Below are positions 42,013-58,335 of a stretch of 64,000 nt of DNA, piece by piece; positions within the stretch are counted from its first letter, which is position 1, and every line of letters starts with the position of its first letter. The translations under genes were made by a program, and so were the position numbers. The stretch comes from Eledone cirrhosa (Eukaryota), in contig OZ024745.1 of NCBI GenBank assembly GCA_964016885.1, forward strand, positions 68,448,001-68,512,000. Direction: 5' to 3'. The notes under the pieces were generated by a model, which was not told the DNA's origin, did no database searches, and was given only the letters and a program-made list of their open reading frames with translations.

Positions 42013-44119
42013 GGTGAGTGAGAAAAAGATATAGTGAAGGAATTAATCCCAGTAGTGGACTAGTAAATCATTTATCGATGTCGAAAGGATGAAAAGCAAA
42101 GATGACTTTACCTTGATTTGAAATCTGACCACAGAGAGCCAGAACAAATAGCATGTAGCATTGCATTCAATGACAAGATATACATTCAAAAAAGAAGGGC
42201 AAGAACACATGAATGTTTAACACTCACGTCAACATCAGAGGGCAGAGACAATTGTTCCTCTTCCCCCGTTGAGACAATGGTGTGCTGAACGCACTAGATA
42301 ACGGTATGATGGAAAGATAGCCCGACACCATTGTCAAATTCAGTCATCCTATGATGACAATGTGTTTTTTGTTACTACCATTGGTTGGTTCGTGGGATAG
42401 CTGGGACCTGTAACGACACTATTGTATTCCAGTTACGATATAAAATACATATGAGGAGCAAGTGGAATAATATTTAACTGGCATAGCAAAATCTGCTGTT
42501 TACCACCATCTTAAAACATTGGTAGCCAGAAAACGTAGAACGCCGGAAAAAAACTCCATGCTTTAGTATCTGAGTTTAAATCTCTCCGAGATCTACATTA
42601 ATTTTCATCTTCCCCGAGAACCAATTGATGAAATAAGCACGATTTAAATTGAGTCGATCTAATAGAGTATCTTTATCCACTTTCGCAAAATTTCTGGCTT
42701 GGGGTTTAACAAATTTGTGGTTTATTAAGTCCCTTCCACTGCTATTATAATGGATTCTGCTCTTGAGAAGTTTTTTTTACTCTATCCACATTTTACTTCA
42801 GCTTATTCACTGTATACAGTAAATATATTATAAACATTCTAACGAGCTTTACTCCCCGTTAATTTTTCAAGCTCCATAACAACCACATAAATTTCATTCA
42901 TGATGCACTTAATTAATTCATTATACACGTTAGGATTAACACCATTACCCGTCTCTTAGATGCCTTTTACTGGAGCCGTGTTTGTTGCAAGCATTCAGGC
43001 ATTGAAAAGCCTCGAGTGTTCTGCTTTTCCTCTTCAAGCTAAAGAATTACATACGGAAAAGAAATGTAATTTGAAAGCAACTATTAAAACTATTCGTTGT
43101 GTATTCAATATTAACGCAATGGTTTCTAATTTAAGCAGAGGTCCAACGAATGAAGATAGAGATAGAGAGAGAGAGGAAAAGTCGATTATATCGCCGTCAG
43201 TACTGGAATAGTAATTTATTTAATCAACCCAGAGAGAATGAAAAGCAAATTTGACCTTGGTGGGATTTAAAGACAGAATTTAGAGAAACAGAACAAATAC
43301 TGTAAAGTATCCTGTCCGACGTTTTAAGGATTCTGAAAAATTGTGATTTTTACTCAACATAATGATTTATTTATTTATCTATTTATTAACATTATGGTTT
43401 CTATATGAAAACATTGGAAACATTCAAACCATGTGTCATTCGAATGGATTGGGATTAGGCTGAGTGACAATATTACGGATGTGACATAATGATGCAATTC
43501 ACAATGCAAGAGGCTCTGCTAACAATTACATTTTAGAAATATTTAACAAAAATGTTACAATGACCTATAAATCGCAATAATCATACAAATGACAATCCAG
43601 TTTCACAACAAAATTAGCTATATTTAAATTGTAAGTGTAGTTAGTAATAAAGCCATGTTCATTCAATTCAAAAGAGAAATTATTGATCAGTCTTATACAG
43701 ACTATTATATTTAGCATTCATAATGACTGCGATAAATAATACATATTTTATATCTACTAAAAAGCAATGTTACCACAAAACGAGATGGTTTTGTTAAACA
43801 TTCCATTGAAATGGTCTATATTAAATTTTCTCTCTGAGAATTTCTTAAAGCTTTTGTTGCTAACTATGTCGCAGATAAATGTTTAAATTGACGCCGAAAT
43901 ATCTGAATGCAGTCGGAATTCGGAAATAATACCATTCTATTGAACTGTTGCCTGCTTTAGAGACAACAATAGTTCTTCATTGAGAAATATTTGCAGTATG
44001 CTAGACCATTGACATGAATATATGTATATATATATATATATATATATTTATTTAATATAAAAATGGCTTCTACAGGACCATGCGTGTGTGCGTGCGTATA
44101 TATATATATATACACACAG

Positions 44120-44156
<37 letters not shown>

Positions 44157-44275
44157 GCGGCGATGAATTAGATTACCGATATAAAAGACAGCGAGAAGCG
44201 AAAACCAACCAAACAGTGAGTGTGTTCTGTTATTAATTCTGGCAATATTACACAAATATGACCCTCCCCAAGTAT

Positions 44276-44323
<48 letters not shown>

Positions 44324-44427
44324 AATAGAATGAAACGAAATTTCATTTCTCACTCTTAGTACAGCACTTACTTAAATGTAAGTATGTATGTATACGTACA
44401 TACATATATGTATGCAGACGTACAGTA

Positions 44428-44468
<41 letters not shown>

Positions 44469-44618
44469 CAGGCATACATATATATATGCACGTATCAGTT
44501 TACCGAACATTTATTATAATGTTCGCTTTGTTCGTTTGTAAACAAACGAACAGCCTGATTTACGCCGTACAGTGTTTAGGCAACCACGTCACCTTTTTGT
44601 TCAACACTGACACAGGAA

Positions 44619-44659
44619 CGATGTACTAGTTTCAAGCTTGTTAGCTATCGTCAGCACCG
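44619..44659 (-). ncRNA. Minimal type I hammerhead (GUA site) inside IR-bounded element 44372-44860
   Basis: Reverse strand reads cggtg-CTGACGA-t agct aaca agct t-GAAA-ctag-TA-catcg. IR arms ~44373-44430 / 44803-44860. Confidence 0.85.
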
Positions 44660-44868
44660 TATACCTTTCTGCCAGATGGTTGAACTCCGAAAGTATATAC
44701 TTTCCTTATGAAAATTAACGGCTGAGCAGCCTAATTTGCATATCGAGTGAGTTCAGTCGGCCAGGCGCACCGAAAACGATAAATGGAATAGATATATATG
44801 CATGCTACTGTACGTCTGTATACATATATGTATGTACGTATACATACATACTTACATTTATATATATA

Positions 44869-44930
<62 letters not shown>

Positions 44931-44931
<1 letters not shown>

Positions 44932-45054
44932 CGAAGGAGGTGTGGTAAGGAACCAGATGGACCATAACACACCAGAGTACTCAATATTTAGGGTAGCAGA
45001 GTGGGAAATAGGAAAATGTTAGACTTGAGCTCTGCTGTCGGGGTCTAACATTTT

Positions 45055-45058
<4 letters not shown>
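44931..45058 (-). mobile_element. Solo fold-back terminus, family A
   Basis: Same tail sequence as 3651-3740 with a short forward arm ending in ttttccta. In (TA)n. Confidence 0.8.
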
Positions 45059-45131
<73 letters not shown>

Positions 45132-45409
45132 CGTGATTTTTTTTGTCGTGTCTAGCAGTCATTAATAGAAACAGGTTCGTTCCCAGTTATAAATAGGTTA
45201 TAGTATTAGTTTCACAGACATGACAGTGTAGTTAAGTAGTAACGGCTATATAGGTTTGTAGAAATTATGAAACAAATAATAAACTAGTAAGTTCAAGAAA
45301 TGAAAATTTCATGTGATTGTTTAAGATAAATACAGTATGGGAGGGTTACTAGTTCTTGCCAAATTACAATATGTAATATATAGAAACTTCATTATTAAGG
45401 TAAACAATG

Positions 45410-45586
45410 GGCGGTGGATTGGCAGTATCGGTAGAGGGTCGGACGCTATGTTTTGACGCTTAGAGTTACGGCCCTTGCCATTCTGAGTTCAAATCCCGCC
45501 GAGGTTAACTTTGCCTTTCATCCTTACGGGGTCGATAAAATAATGTACCAGTAATACACTGGTTAATTGTGCCAAAATTAGAAACA
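45410..45586 (+). mobile_element. tRNA-derived SINE with 19-bp target-site duplication
   Basis: attattaaggtaaacaatg at 45391-45409 and 45587-45605. A-box-like tggcagtatcggtaga and B-box gagttcaaatcc. Confidence 0.93.
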
Positions 45587-45929
45587 ATTATTAAGGTAAA
45601 CAATGTTTTATTTATGGAAATAGAAACATTGTCAGGTGAGAGAAAAAAAGGCGTTTTTAATATGGAAAGTTATGTATATTTATAGATAGGGGAAGCTCAA
45701 GTAGGAAACATTATAGGATATTAGGAAAGAAAATATGGACATGTTTAGCTGGACGTATGATAACACACACGAGAGTGGTTGTGTGTGTGTGTGAGTGTGT
45801 GAGTGTGTGTGTATGTGTGTGTGAATTATAAGCCTTTAGGTCGTTCATGTCAAGAGAACAACTATTCCAACTCCTTAAGTAATCTTCAAACAATGGAAAT
45901 ACTAAATTACTAAAGATGTTTTTTGTAAT

Positions 45930-47520
<1,591 letters not shown>

Positions 47521-48048
47521 GGATATTTTGTTTCTTTAGCTTCCTCATATATTTCTAACGTATATTTGATAACTATTCATATATGTCTGAGAACAAAGTA
47601 TCTTTATGTCAGTAGATAAATACATCCGATAGAAAAGATTATTAAATTAAAAACCTAATTCACAAAACTATCAACAGATAAAGTTACAAAAAGGTATATA
47701 ATTATAGCTAACTGCAAAGTCCGAACACGTCTGGGATACTCCCTGAAGCGTGATTTCATTTCTATATACATGTATTGTGTAACGTGCTGCTGCAATAAAA
47801 AAAATGACGTCTAATAAAACATAATACTCCGTTACAACCAAAGAGATCTCTCGTGAACGTGTGGGAAATATATATCTTTTCTATACAGAAATTGTACAAA
47901 TGAGTTTTACTCAGTCTTCACCTTATTCACCAAATTATATATGCTTTTCTCACTAGAGAACGCAAACTTTTAATCTTTTGAAATTGAGATGGTATTATAT
48001 TCGTTATACGATCTAAAATATTTATCTTTTGATATTTCGTGTGTATCC

Positions 48049-48119
<71 letters not shown>

Positions 48120-48198
48120 GACACACACAAACACACACACACACACACACTGACACACACATCTCTGTCTACCTATCTATATAGCCATCGATCTATCA

Positions 48199-48231
<33 letters not shown>

Positions 48232-48729
48232 TAAATATACACGGGTGTGTATGATTGTGTATAGAAGATTATATTAATAAAAGGAATTCCAACTTTGTCT
48301 GATTTACTCGTTTTATTTACAATCCTTTAAAATTTATAATGGTATTAGAATGAAATAGTATGGTAGAATATTAAATGTTAAGTGTTAATTGAACAAGTAC
48401 TTTCATGCTTTCGCAATCTTCAGGTACATAATGTGTGGTGACAGTCAAGTTTGCAATTTTCAACTGTAATGAGATGGGTAAATTTTGTACCTTATATACA
48501 GTGAAAAGTGGCTCCAGAATGCTAAATCTTGCAAACTGTATTTCGACCAATCGGTGTGTAGTTTGACTGAATTACTAAAGCTGATTGGTTTAGGCGTCAC
48601 GGTTGGTTGAGCATGTCTAACGACCACTAATTGATCCTATCCAAAGCATCAATTGTTTTGCTATTTTTAGAAATGATGAAAATAGCATTTTCTAGTAATC
48701 ATCACCATCAACATCACTTTTATTATTAT

Positions 48730-48915
48730 TGCGGTGGATTGGCAGTATCGGTAGAGGCTCGGACGCCATGCTTTCCAGCATAGTTACGTCCCTTTACGAT
48801 CTGAGTTCAAATCCCGCCGAGGTTGACTTTGCCTTTCATCCTTACGAGGTCGATAAAATAAAGTACCAGTAATGCACTGGTATTTGCTAGCCTTGTGCCT
48901 AAAGTAGAAACAATT
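48730..48915 (+). mobile_element. tRNA-derived SINE
   Basis: Near-consensus full-length copy. Confidence 0.9.
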
Positions 48916-49596
48916 ATTATTGTTGTTGTTGTTGTTAGTGGTCGTAGTCGACATGGTCGTAGTCATAATCATAGTAGGAGTAATCCCCATTAATATTGTT
49001 CATTTAGCTTGGGTTTGAATTTATCAATAAAATTCTTTTCTTTGATTTTTCTCTTGATTTCACTTGGGCTGTGTAATTTGTAGAATGGGAATATTATAAA
49101 TATTCCCTGACCACATGTTGCTAGATGGTTACTTAGGGGTATCTGACGGAGATTTGGGTCTCTGATTTGCTGTCGGTGTACCCGTGCACGTTCCGATAGT
49201 GCATTTCCTGTTTGACCGACATATAGTTCTTCACATTTAATTCGGGCATTTAATGCAGTAAATTAGATTTCTGCTTTTGCAGTTCATATTTGCATTTGGG
49301 AATATTTTTCCAGTTTTTGTTTTCATATATTGACCGGCGTGTATGGATTGACATGTGCCGCATCGACTATCATTGCATTTAGATACAGTGAATGATTGAT
49401 CTTTGTTGTTAAGGTCAAACTTTGCTTTTGTTAATAATTGCTTCAAATTTTTCGGCTGTCTTTTACTAAGAGTCAAAGATCGATCTGTGATTAAGCCTTT
49501 TAATTCATTACTTTGAGCAATGATCGGTAGGTTTGCTTTGGCAGTGTTGAAGATATTCTGGTGACATGGGTTGTGTGTCATTATAAATGGTATGAC

Positions 49597-49777
49597 GGTG
49601 GATTGGCAATATCGGTAGAGGGTCGGACGCCATGCTTTCCAGCATAGTTACGTCCCTTTACGATCTGAGTTCAAATCCCGCCGAGGTTGACTTTGCCTTT
49701 CATCCTTACGGGGTCGATAAAATAAAGTACCAGTAATGCACTGGGTAATTGCTGGCCTTGTGCCTAAAGTAGAAACA
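49597..49777 (+). mobile_element. tRNA-derived SINE inserted in PLE coding sequence, ~17-bp TSD
   Basis: attataaatggtatgac at 49580-49596 and 49778-49794. Confidence 0.93.
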
Positions 49778-50147
49778 ATTATAAATGGTATGACCAGTTC
49801 TTGGTTTCTTCTTCCTTGGGTTGTCCTAAGTTGTTGTATAGGTATTTTCATAGCCCGCTGTATACCATTTTCTATAAGTAGAGATGGGTATTTTTGTTTG
49901 AGCAAACCAAAAATTCTCTTAGTTCTGTTAGGCGGGGCTGTGTGTGTGCGTGTGTGTGTGTGTGTGTGTGGGGGGGGGGGCATCGCGTAACATTCCATAT
50001 TTAGGTATCCGAAACACAAATCCTGTTTATTTAGTAATGTATATTTATTATAACTGTGAAGCTATAGCAGTGATGTGAGGGCCAAGAATTTTGTGATAGA
50101 ACAGGGCACTCGGGTCACTCGTTATGGCTTCACAACTATAATACACA

Positions 50148-50178
<31 letters not shown>

Positions 50179-50206
50179 GCACACACACACATATATATAT
50201 AATAAT

Positions 50207-50394
50207 AATTGTTTCTACTTTAGGCACAAGGCCAGCAATTACCCAGTGCATTACTGGTACTTTATTTTATCTACCCCGTAAGGATGAAAGGCAAATTCAA
50301 CCTCGGCGGAATTTGAACTCAGATCGTAAAGGGACGTAACTATGCTGGAAAGCATGGCGTCCGACTCTCTACCGATACTGCCAATCCACCGCCC
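50207..50394 (-). mobile_element. tRNA-derived SINE
   Basis: Near-consensus reverse copy. Confidence 0.9.
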
Positions 50395-50489
50395 TTATAA
50401 TAATAATACTAAAAGTGACGATTTGTTGTCTTCATTTCGTTTATTGAGTATCGGCGCGCCTTTCGCTATTGATCAGCTCAATATATATA

Positions 50490-53479
50490 TATATATAATA
50501 TATAAGATCAAAAGATGGTTAAATGAGTTCCATGTATTTTATTATGCGCATTTCAAAAACAAATATCATCATGCAATAACATTTGTGTTTTCATCAGAGA
50601 AAATAGGAGGACATGATATGAAGGTTAAAAAACACTTGTGGATAGTGCAGTTTTAAATCAACATATGAAAAGTAGTTTTAGATTGATGTGTGATATTGGG
50701 AAAAAAAAAAAAAATGTTTGAGGGGGGGGGGTTGGAAAGGATGAAAAAGAGGAGGAGATGAGAGTAAAAAGTGGAGGGGGAGGAGTATAGTGAGGAAGGA
50801 TGAGATAGGAGGAGAGATGGGTGATAGAGAGAGAGAGATAGCTTTTATAACTGAGAAAAATATATTGTTTTACATAGAGAGGTTGAAAAAACCGTTGGAA
50901 GATAATGTATAAATTAAAAGAATTTGAAAATTTACGAAGAGAAATATAATGTAAAGTTAAGGTTTGTATATTGAAGGGTTTAATAATATGTGCGATGAAA
51001 AGAAATTGTTAATATGTATTAAGAATAATATTTAAGGGTTTAATAATATGTGCGATGGAAAGAAAATGTTAATATGTATTAAAAATAATATTTAAGGGTT
51101 TAATAATATGTGCGATGGAAAGAAAATGTTGATATGTATTATTAAAAAAAACAGAAGTGATGTAAGTAAGGATATATTGTGAGATGGGCATGAATAAGTT
51201 AGATGAAAGGGAGAAAAGAATAATGAATAGAGGATGAATAATCTAACGTCAAAAAATGTTTATGTTTACGAAGGATTTTTTCAAGGTGATATGAAGTAAG
51301 AATATAGTGTATGTGTAATAATTGTTTTTATGTTAGGCACAGTGAGAAAAGGTACAGATTAGGGGTTAGAAATTAGGAGTGATGTAGAATATAATAAATA
51401 TAATAAATAACTTTGAAATAAGGTAGAAAGATGGGTATATTTTTAAAGAAGTATATATATATATATATATATGTGCCTTTGAGAAAAGGATTCTGAATTG
51501 ATAAAGTTTATCGTATTAGCTGTATACTTTATGGAAAGTTCTGTGGAATTTATGCAAGCAGATAGTAAATAAGTCAGTGCGTCTATTTATTATAGAATCT
51601 AAATTAGAAATAATGGTAAATTTTTCATTTAGACAGAGATTGCAAGTCGTAGATAGAGAACTGTTCAAGTATGATGAAGCAGAGGAAACCTTTTTCTAAG
51701 AGATGTTATATTTAATATTTTTGTCTTTCAAGGACCATATGAGTTCTAAGAGAGCCGTGTTGGTTCTTTTAAGTTTATATTTAAAAGACGAATGATGATT
51801 ATAAAGATGAGCTTTAAAGGAGGTGGAAGTGGAGCCAAAATAGGTGAAGGAATTGGTGTCAGTTATAACTGACACCAATTCCTTCACCTATTTTGGCTCC
51901 ACTTCCACCTCCACTTCCACCTCCACTTCCACCTCCTTTAAAGCTCGTCTTTACAATCATCATTCGTCTTTTGAAGGAGGTGGAAGTGGAGGTGGAAGTG
52001 GAGCGAAAATATGTGAAGGAATCGGTGTCAGTTATAACTGACACCAATTCCTTCACCTATTTTGGCTCCACTTCCACCTCCTTTAAAGCTCATCTTTATA
52101 ATCATCATTCGTCTTTTAAATATAAACTTAAAAGAACCAACACGGCTCTCTTAGAACTCATATGGTCCTTGAAAGACAAAAATATTAAATATAACATCTC
52201 TTGGAAAAAGGTTTCCTCTGCTTCATCATACTTGAACAGTTCTCTATCTAAGACTTGCAATCTCTGTCTAAATGAAAAATTTACCATTATTTCTAATTTA
52301 GATTCTATAATAAATAGACGCACTGACTTATTTACTATCTGCTTGCATAAATTCCACAGAACTTTCCATAAAGTATACAGCTAATACGATAAACTTTATC
52401 AATTCAGAATCCTTTTCTCAAAGGCACATATATATATATATATATACTTCTTTAAAAATATACCCATCTTTCTACCTTATTTCAAAGTTATTTATTATAT
52501 TTATTATATTCTACATCACTCCTAATTTCTAACCCCTAATCTGTACCTTTTCTCACTGTGCCTAACATAAAAACAATTATTACACATACACTATATTCTT
52601 ACTTCATATCACCTTGAAAAAATCCTTCGTAAACATAAACATTTTTTGACGTTAGATTATTCATCCTCTATTCATTATTCTTTTCTCCCTTTCATCTAAC
52701 TTATTCATGCCCATCTCACAATATATCCTTACTTACATCACTTCTGTTTTTTTTAATAATACATATCAACATTTTCTTTCCATCGCACATATTATTAAAC
52801 CCTTAAATATTATTCTTAATACATATTAACATTTTCTTTCCATCGCACATAATATTAAACCCTTAAATATTATTCTTAATACATATTAACAATTTCTTTT
52901 CATCGCACATATTATTAAACCCTTCAATATACAAACCTTAACTTTACATTATTTTTCTCTTCGTAAATTTTCAAATTCTTTTAATTTATACATTATCTTC
53001 CAACGGTTTTTTCAACCTCTCTATGTAAAACAATATATTTTTCTCAGTTATAAAAGCTCTCTCTCTCTCTCTATCACCCATCTCTCCTCCTATCTCATCC
53101 TTCCTCACTATACTCCTCCCCTCCACTTTTTACTCTCATCTCCTCCTCTTTTTCATCCCCCCCCCCCTCAATTTTTTTTTTTCCCAATATCACACATTAA
53201 TCTAAAGCTACTTTTCATATGTTGATTTAAAACTGCACTATCCACAAGTGTTTTTTAACCTTCATATCATGTCCTCCTATTTTATCTGATGAAAACACAA
53301 ATGTTATTGCATGATGATATTTGTTTTTGAAATGCGCATAATAAAATACATGGAACTCATTTAACTATCTTTTGATCTTATATATTATATATTATGTATA
53401 CTCCAGTCCTACAAACTGTAGAGTGCTTCTTATCCGATATCTACATTGCTTTATTGTACTACAATAAAACTCACCTCCT

Positions 53480-53480
<1 letters not shown>
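50490..53480. mobile_element. 2.9-kb palindromic Naiad-like PLE 3' remnant (family H)
   Basis: 50490-51865 is the near-perfect reverse complement of 52035-53393. The arms encode a GIY-YIG C-terminus (TYFGSTSTSFKAHLYNH...CNLCLNEK...INRRTDLFTICLH) and contain a 60-bp triple repeat. A single-copy tail occupies 53394-53480. Confidence 0.92.
53280..53346 (+). ncRNA. Type I hammerhead (AUA site); mirror at 50537-50603 minus
   Basis: ttttat-CTGATGA-aaac acaaatgttat...atgatatttgt tttt-GAAA-tgcgca-TA-ataaaa. Palindromic stem III ATGCGCAT. Confidence 0.88.
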
Positions 53481-53533
<53 letters not shown>

Positions 53534-53585
53534 CAAGAAAGAAGAGTGGCATGGTTTGCTATACAATAAGGGCTTTATTCACAAT

Positions 53586-53691
53586 GCTGTCAATTGTTTC
53601 CCCGAACTGGTAAGTCTAGAGATCGCTACCCGCCTGTTTTTGCGTCAATCGATCACCAATACTTTGTTATAACCAGTCAGTTCATCAGAGC
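53586..53691 (-). ncRNA. Degenerate hammerhead (U16.1 replaced by A)
   Basis: Reverse strand reads gct-CTGATGA-actgactggt...accagttcggg-GAAA-caattg-AC-agc. Confidence 0.5.
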
Positions 53692-53910
53692 GTGCGAGAG
53701 TGTAAACTACATAGAAATCACCGCGTACTCGCAGCATCACTATGGAAACGTTTTGTAGAGTCAAACTTAGCCAAGCGTTAGTACTATCCATTACTCGGAG
53801 TACTCTAACTGGACTACATCTAAGTGGACTACCTATAACAATAATTTGTTATACCGTATATATATATATATATATACGGTATATATATGTTGTGTGTGTG
53901 TGTGAGAGAA

Positions 53911-53974
<64 letters not shown>

Positions 53975-53978
53975 GGGG

Positions 53979-54009
<31 letters not shown>

Positions 54010-54434
54010 TAGGGGGGGGAGAGAAAGTGAGCTAAGGGTTGGGGGGAAGAAATAGAAATATATGGAGAGAAACGCAGGCATGTCCAGGGAGTAAAATTCG
54101 CTCTGCAGCCATAACGCCTCAGAATCAATCTCACTTCATGGCATTTTGGGTTACTGATTTTTACCATAACCCAAGGTTTGTGAATACAGTTAGGTTAGAT
54201 GGATATGGTGGAAGTGAACTACACCTGTATATCAAGGTATCAACGTTGTCACATACTGTGTCACGCTCATTTTTCTTAAGGACAATTATTGGTGCACAAG
54301 TTTCTGTTGAATATTCACTCACTTAAATGTCATTTATTCATTGGAATAAGCAATTCATTCGCTTGAACAAGTGGACTTCACTTCACCAAAACCAACAGCG
54401 CTTCATTTACTCTCTCTCTACACACACACACATA

Positions 54435-54528
<94 letters not shown>

Positions 54529-55900
54529 TACACGTACATATATATATATACACATATATACACACATATATATATATATATACCCAGTCTGTCCAATGAA
54601 GGTGTAGCACGTGTGAGTAGCTTCAGAGTAACAGGCCACCGGATCAACTTTAATACACTATTTATTACGATATTGAACAATCATTTTCGCATTTGCCAAA
54701 AAAAACAAAAAAAACCAGTGGATATGTATGTATGTGTGTGTATGTGTGCACACATACACACACATATATATATATATATGTACATACACACAAACACGCA
54801 TATATATATATATGTGTATGTGTGTATGTGTATATATATATATATAAATACATATAAATACATATATATATATATATATATGTGTGTGTATATATATATA
54901 TATATAAATACACACACACACATACACACACACAACAACACACACATATATATATATAAAACATTGTGTGAGTGTGTTTCTTCAAACTACACACGTTGTA
55001 ACAGTCTACTACAGTTGAAGGTGGAACCCACTATTGAAGAAAATAGAAAAAAATTGAGAAAAATTGTGTAGTGCATTCAGAACCAAATATAAATTGATTT
55101 ATCGCCGATGTATAAACCGATTGATAAACTATATACAACAGATTTATTTGGTTCTATATACAGATATTCTCATTCCTTTGATCGAATGGCCGCTCTCTCA
55201 GGGTCGAGCTGGTCGGTAAACAACAACAAGAACAGTAACATCTGTCTCGTTAATTTTTTTTCTGTAGAAATAGTTTCTTTTTAATTGTTAGAATGTTAAG
55301 GCTTGCATCATAGTGAAAATTGTGTTACATTCATGACCATAAAGGTCATGGGTTCGATCCCAGGACAAGGTGGTGTGCTTTGTCCTTGAGCAAAGTATTT
55401 TGTTTCATATTGCCCCGGTTCATTCAGCTGCAAAAGTAGGAACGAACAGTCAGCTGCTTTAATCATTTGAGCCATATTTTTAAAATGATCAGTTAGTTAA
55501 GCAGGTGTTTTTAAAGAGTGAATGTAGACACAAGGTTACCGGGGAAGACTTTCCGTGGTTGTTCCATCTGAAAGAGATATCATTCAAGTATCCTTCAAAT
55601 CATGTTCCCTGTCGTCTTATAAAGGAATAAGTTAGATAATGTGGCTCTTGATTCCTTTTACACAAACAATGACAGCATGGTGTCTTTGATCAGAGATCTC
55701 CTTGATGAGAGCTGTCCTGAGGCTCAGCATCAACAACATTAACAACTATAAATTTGTCTAAGCTTGTGATGTACACGTGCATGTATATTTGTATGTTATG
55801 TTCGTATATTATGCATGCCTGTTATGTTTCAGTACTCAGCTGTATATGTGTAATCATGTATGTTATTGCATATGCTGATCTGTAAATTTTGATATCAGTA

Positions 55901-55986
<86 letters not shown>

Positions 55987-55998
55987 CATATATATATT

Positions 55999-56073
<75 letters not shown>

Positions 56074-56074
56074 G

Positions 56075-56160
<86 letters not shown>

Positions 56161-57309
56161 TATGTGTGTGTTTGTGCGTGTGTGTATGTATGTCTGTGTG
56201 TATGTGAGTGTGAGTGTAATTTACATATGTATATATGCAATTATTACAGAATAAATTCTGAAGTGTTTCACATATTTTCCCAGTTTAATTACTAATCTGT
56301 ATTGCTATTTCTTAATTAGCTGTGTCATATTTGGAATTGTGGTGTACAAGCCCAACTTCATCAATAATTATATGTATGAACCTAAAGCTAGAGTTTGGTT
56401 GGTGTATCTGCAGATTTCTCATCAGTTCACAACAGATGTTTTCTTTTTAAATTTATCTTTAACATTATATTAACATCTACCGGTCAACTGATATCCACCA
56501 GTGTTTCAGCCAGATTGTCTATAGCTTAGGTTAAGGTCACTGGAACATTAATATGTCGAAGGATTTTGCACACAAAAGAATGTTTTCATGTAATCCACCC
56601 AGACTGTAGCCAAATTCTTATGTACACGATCTGAGGAATTCTCAGCCATGTGCTCATTTATTTTATGAGTAGGTTGTTTCTTTGATCAAACAATTGGAAC
56701 TCTCGTCGACGAAACCGATGGAGACACAACAAATATTTTTTGTTGGTGAGAGATCTAGTTAATGTTTTGTTTGCATGTGATGAACACCATCGGCTAATTG
56801 ATAATCTCCTGAAACATTGACTTCGGTGGGGTTTGGACTCATAACACAAAGAGCCGAACTAAATATTGATTTCTAATGTAAGCTCAAGGCAATCAAATTT
56901 TGGGTGAGGATGAAGTTGATTAACTCCAACCCTAGTACTTGACTGGTACATTATTTTATCGACTCCTGAAGGATGAAAGGTTTGAATGCAGAATGTAAAG
57001 AGCCATAAAAGATACCCCGATGGCATTTTACTTGACGCTCTAATAATTCTGCCAATCCACTACCCTTCCGCTGAAATAAACATTGCAAGGCATTTCGCCC
57101 GTTGCTCTAACCTTTCCGCCAATTGCCGACATATAATATCGTTAACAACACAATATTTAAATAGTCCGTTGACAGAGAGATTTAACATCAATGTTAAACA
57201 CTTATCTTAATGCGTTACAAAAAGATTAAGACGACTTTTGCAGGATTGGCGCTAATCTATGTAACATCGCATAATCCTTAGAGAGAAACTCTCACGTGCT
57301 TAGATAGAT

Positions 57310-57555
57310 AATTGTTTCTACTTTTGGTACAAGGCTAGCAATTATCTCAGTGTATTACTGGTACTTTACTTTATCAACCCCGTAAGGATGAAAGGCAAAG
57401 TTAACGTCGGCGGGATTTTAACTCAGACGATAAAGGGCCGCAACTCTTTGCTGCAAAAAGGCGGTGAAGTGGTTAGTGCTAAGTGCTATATGTCACAGTG
57501 TTCTGCAATCTGAGTTCAAATCTATCCGACATCAACTTTGCATTTCAACCAGTTC
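57310..57555. mobile_element. Head-to-head SINE fragments
   Basis: Minus copy 57310-57460 and degenerate plus copy 57460-57555. Confidence 0.7.
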
Positions 57556-57557
57556 GA

Positions 57558-58335
<778 letters not shown>

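Larger units (their letters stand above)
48240..49935 (-). mobile_element. Neptune-like PLE 3' remnant (linker + Cys cluster + GIY-YIG) with family D terminal repeat
   Basis: Minus strand reads QKYPSLLIENGIQRA...VIPFI|MTHNP...KRQPKNLKQLLTKA...KCNDSRCGTC...CKSRNLIYCIKCP, then after a frameshift CEELYVGQTGNALSERARVHRQQI...KEKNFIDKFKPKLN ending near 48991. Confidence 0.85.

Noticed and set aside
45410-45500. tRNA gene
   Set aside because: A/B boxes are present but there is no cloverleaf. It is the head of a multi-copy SINE with TSDs.
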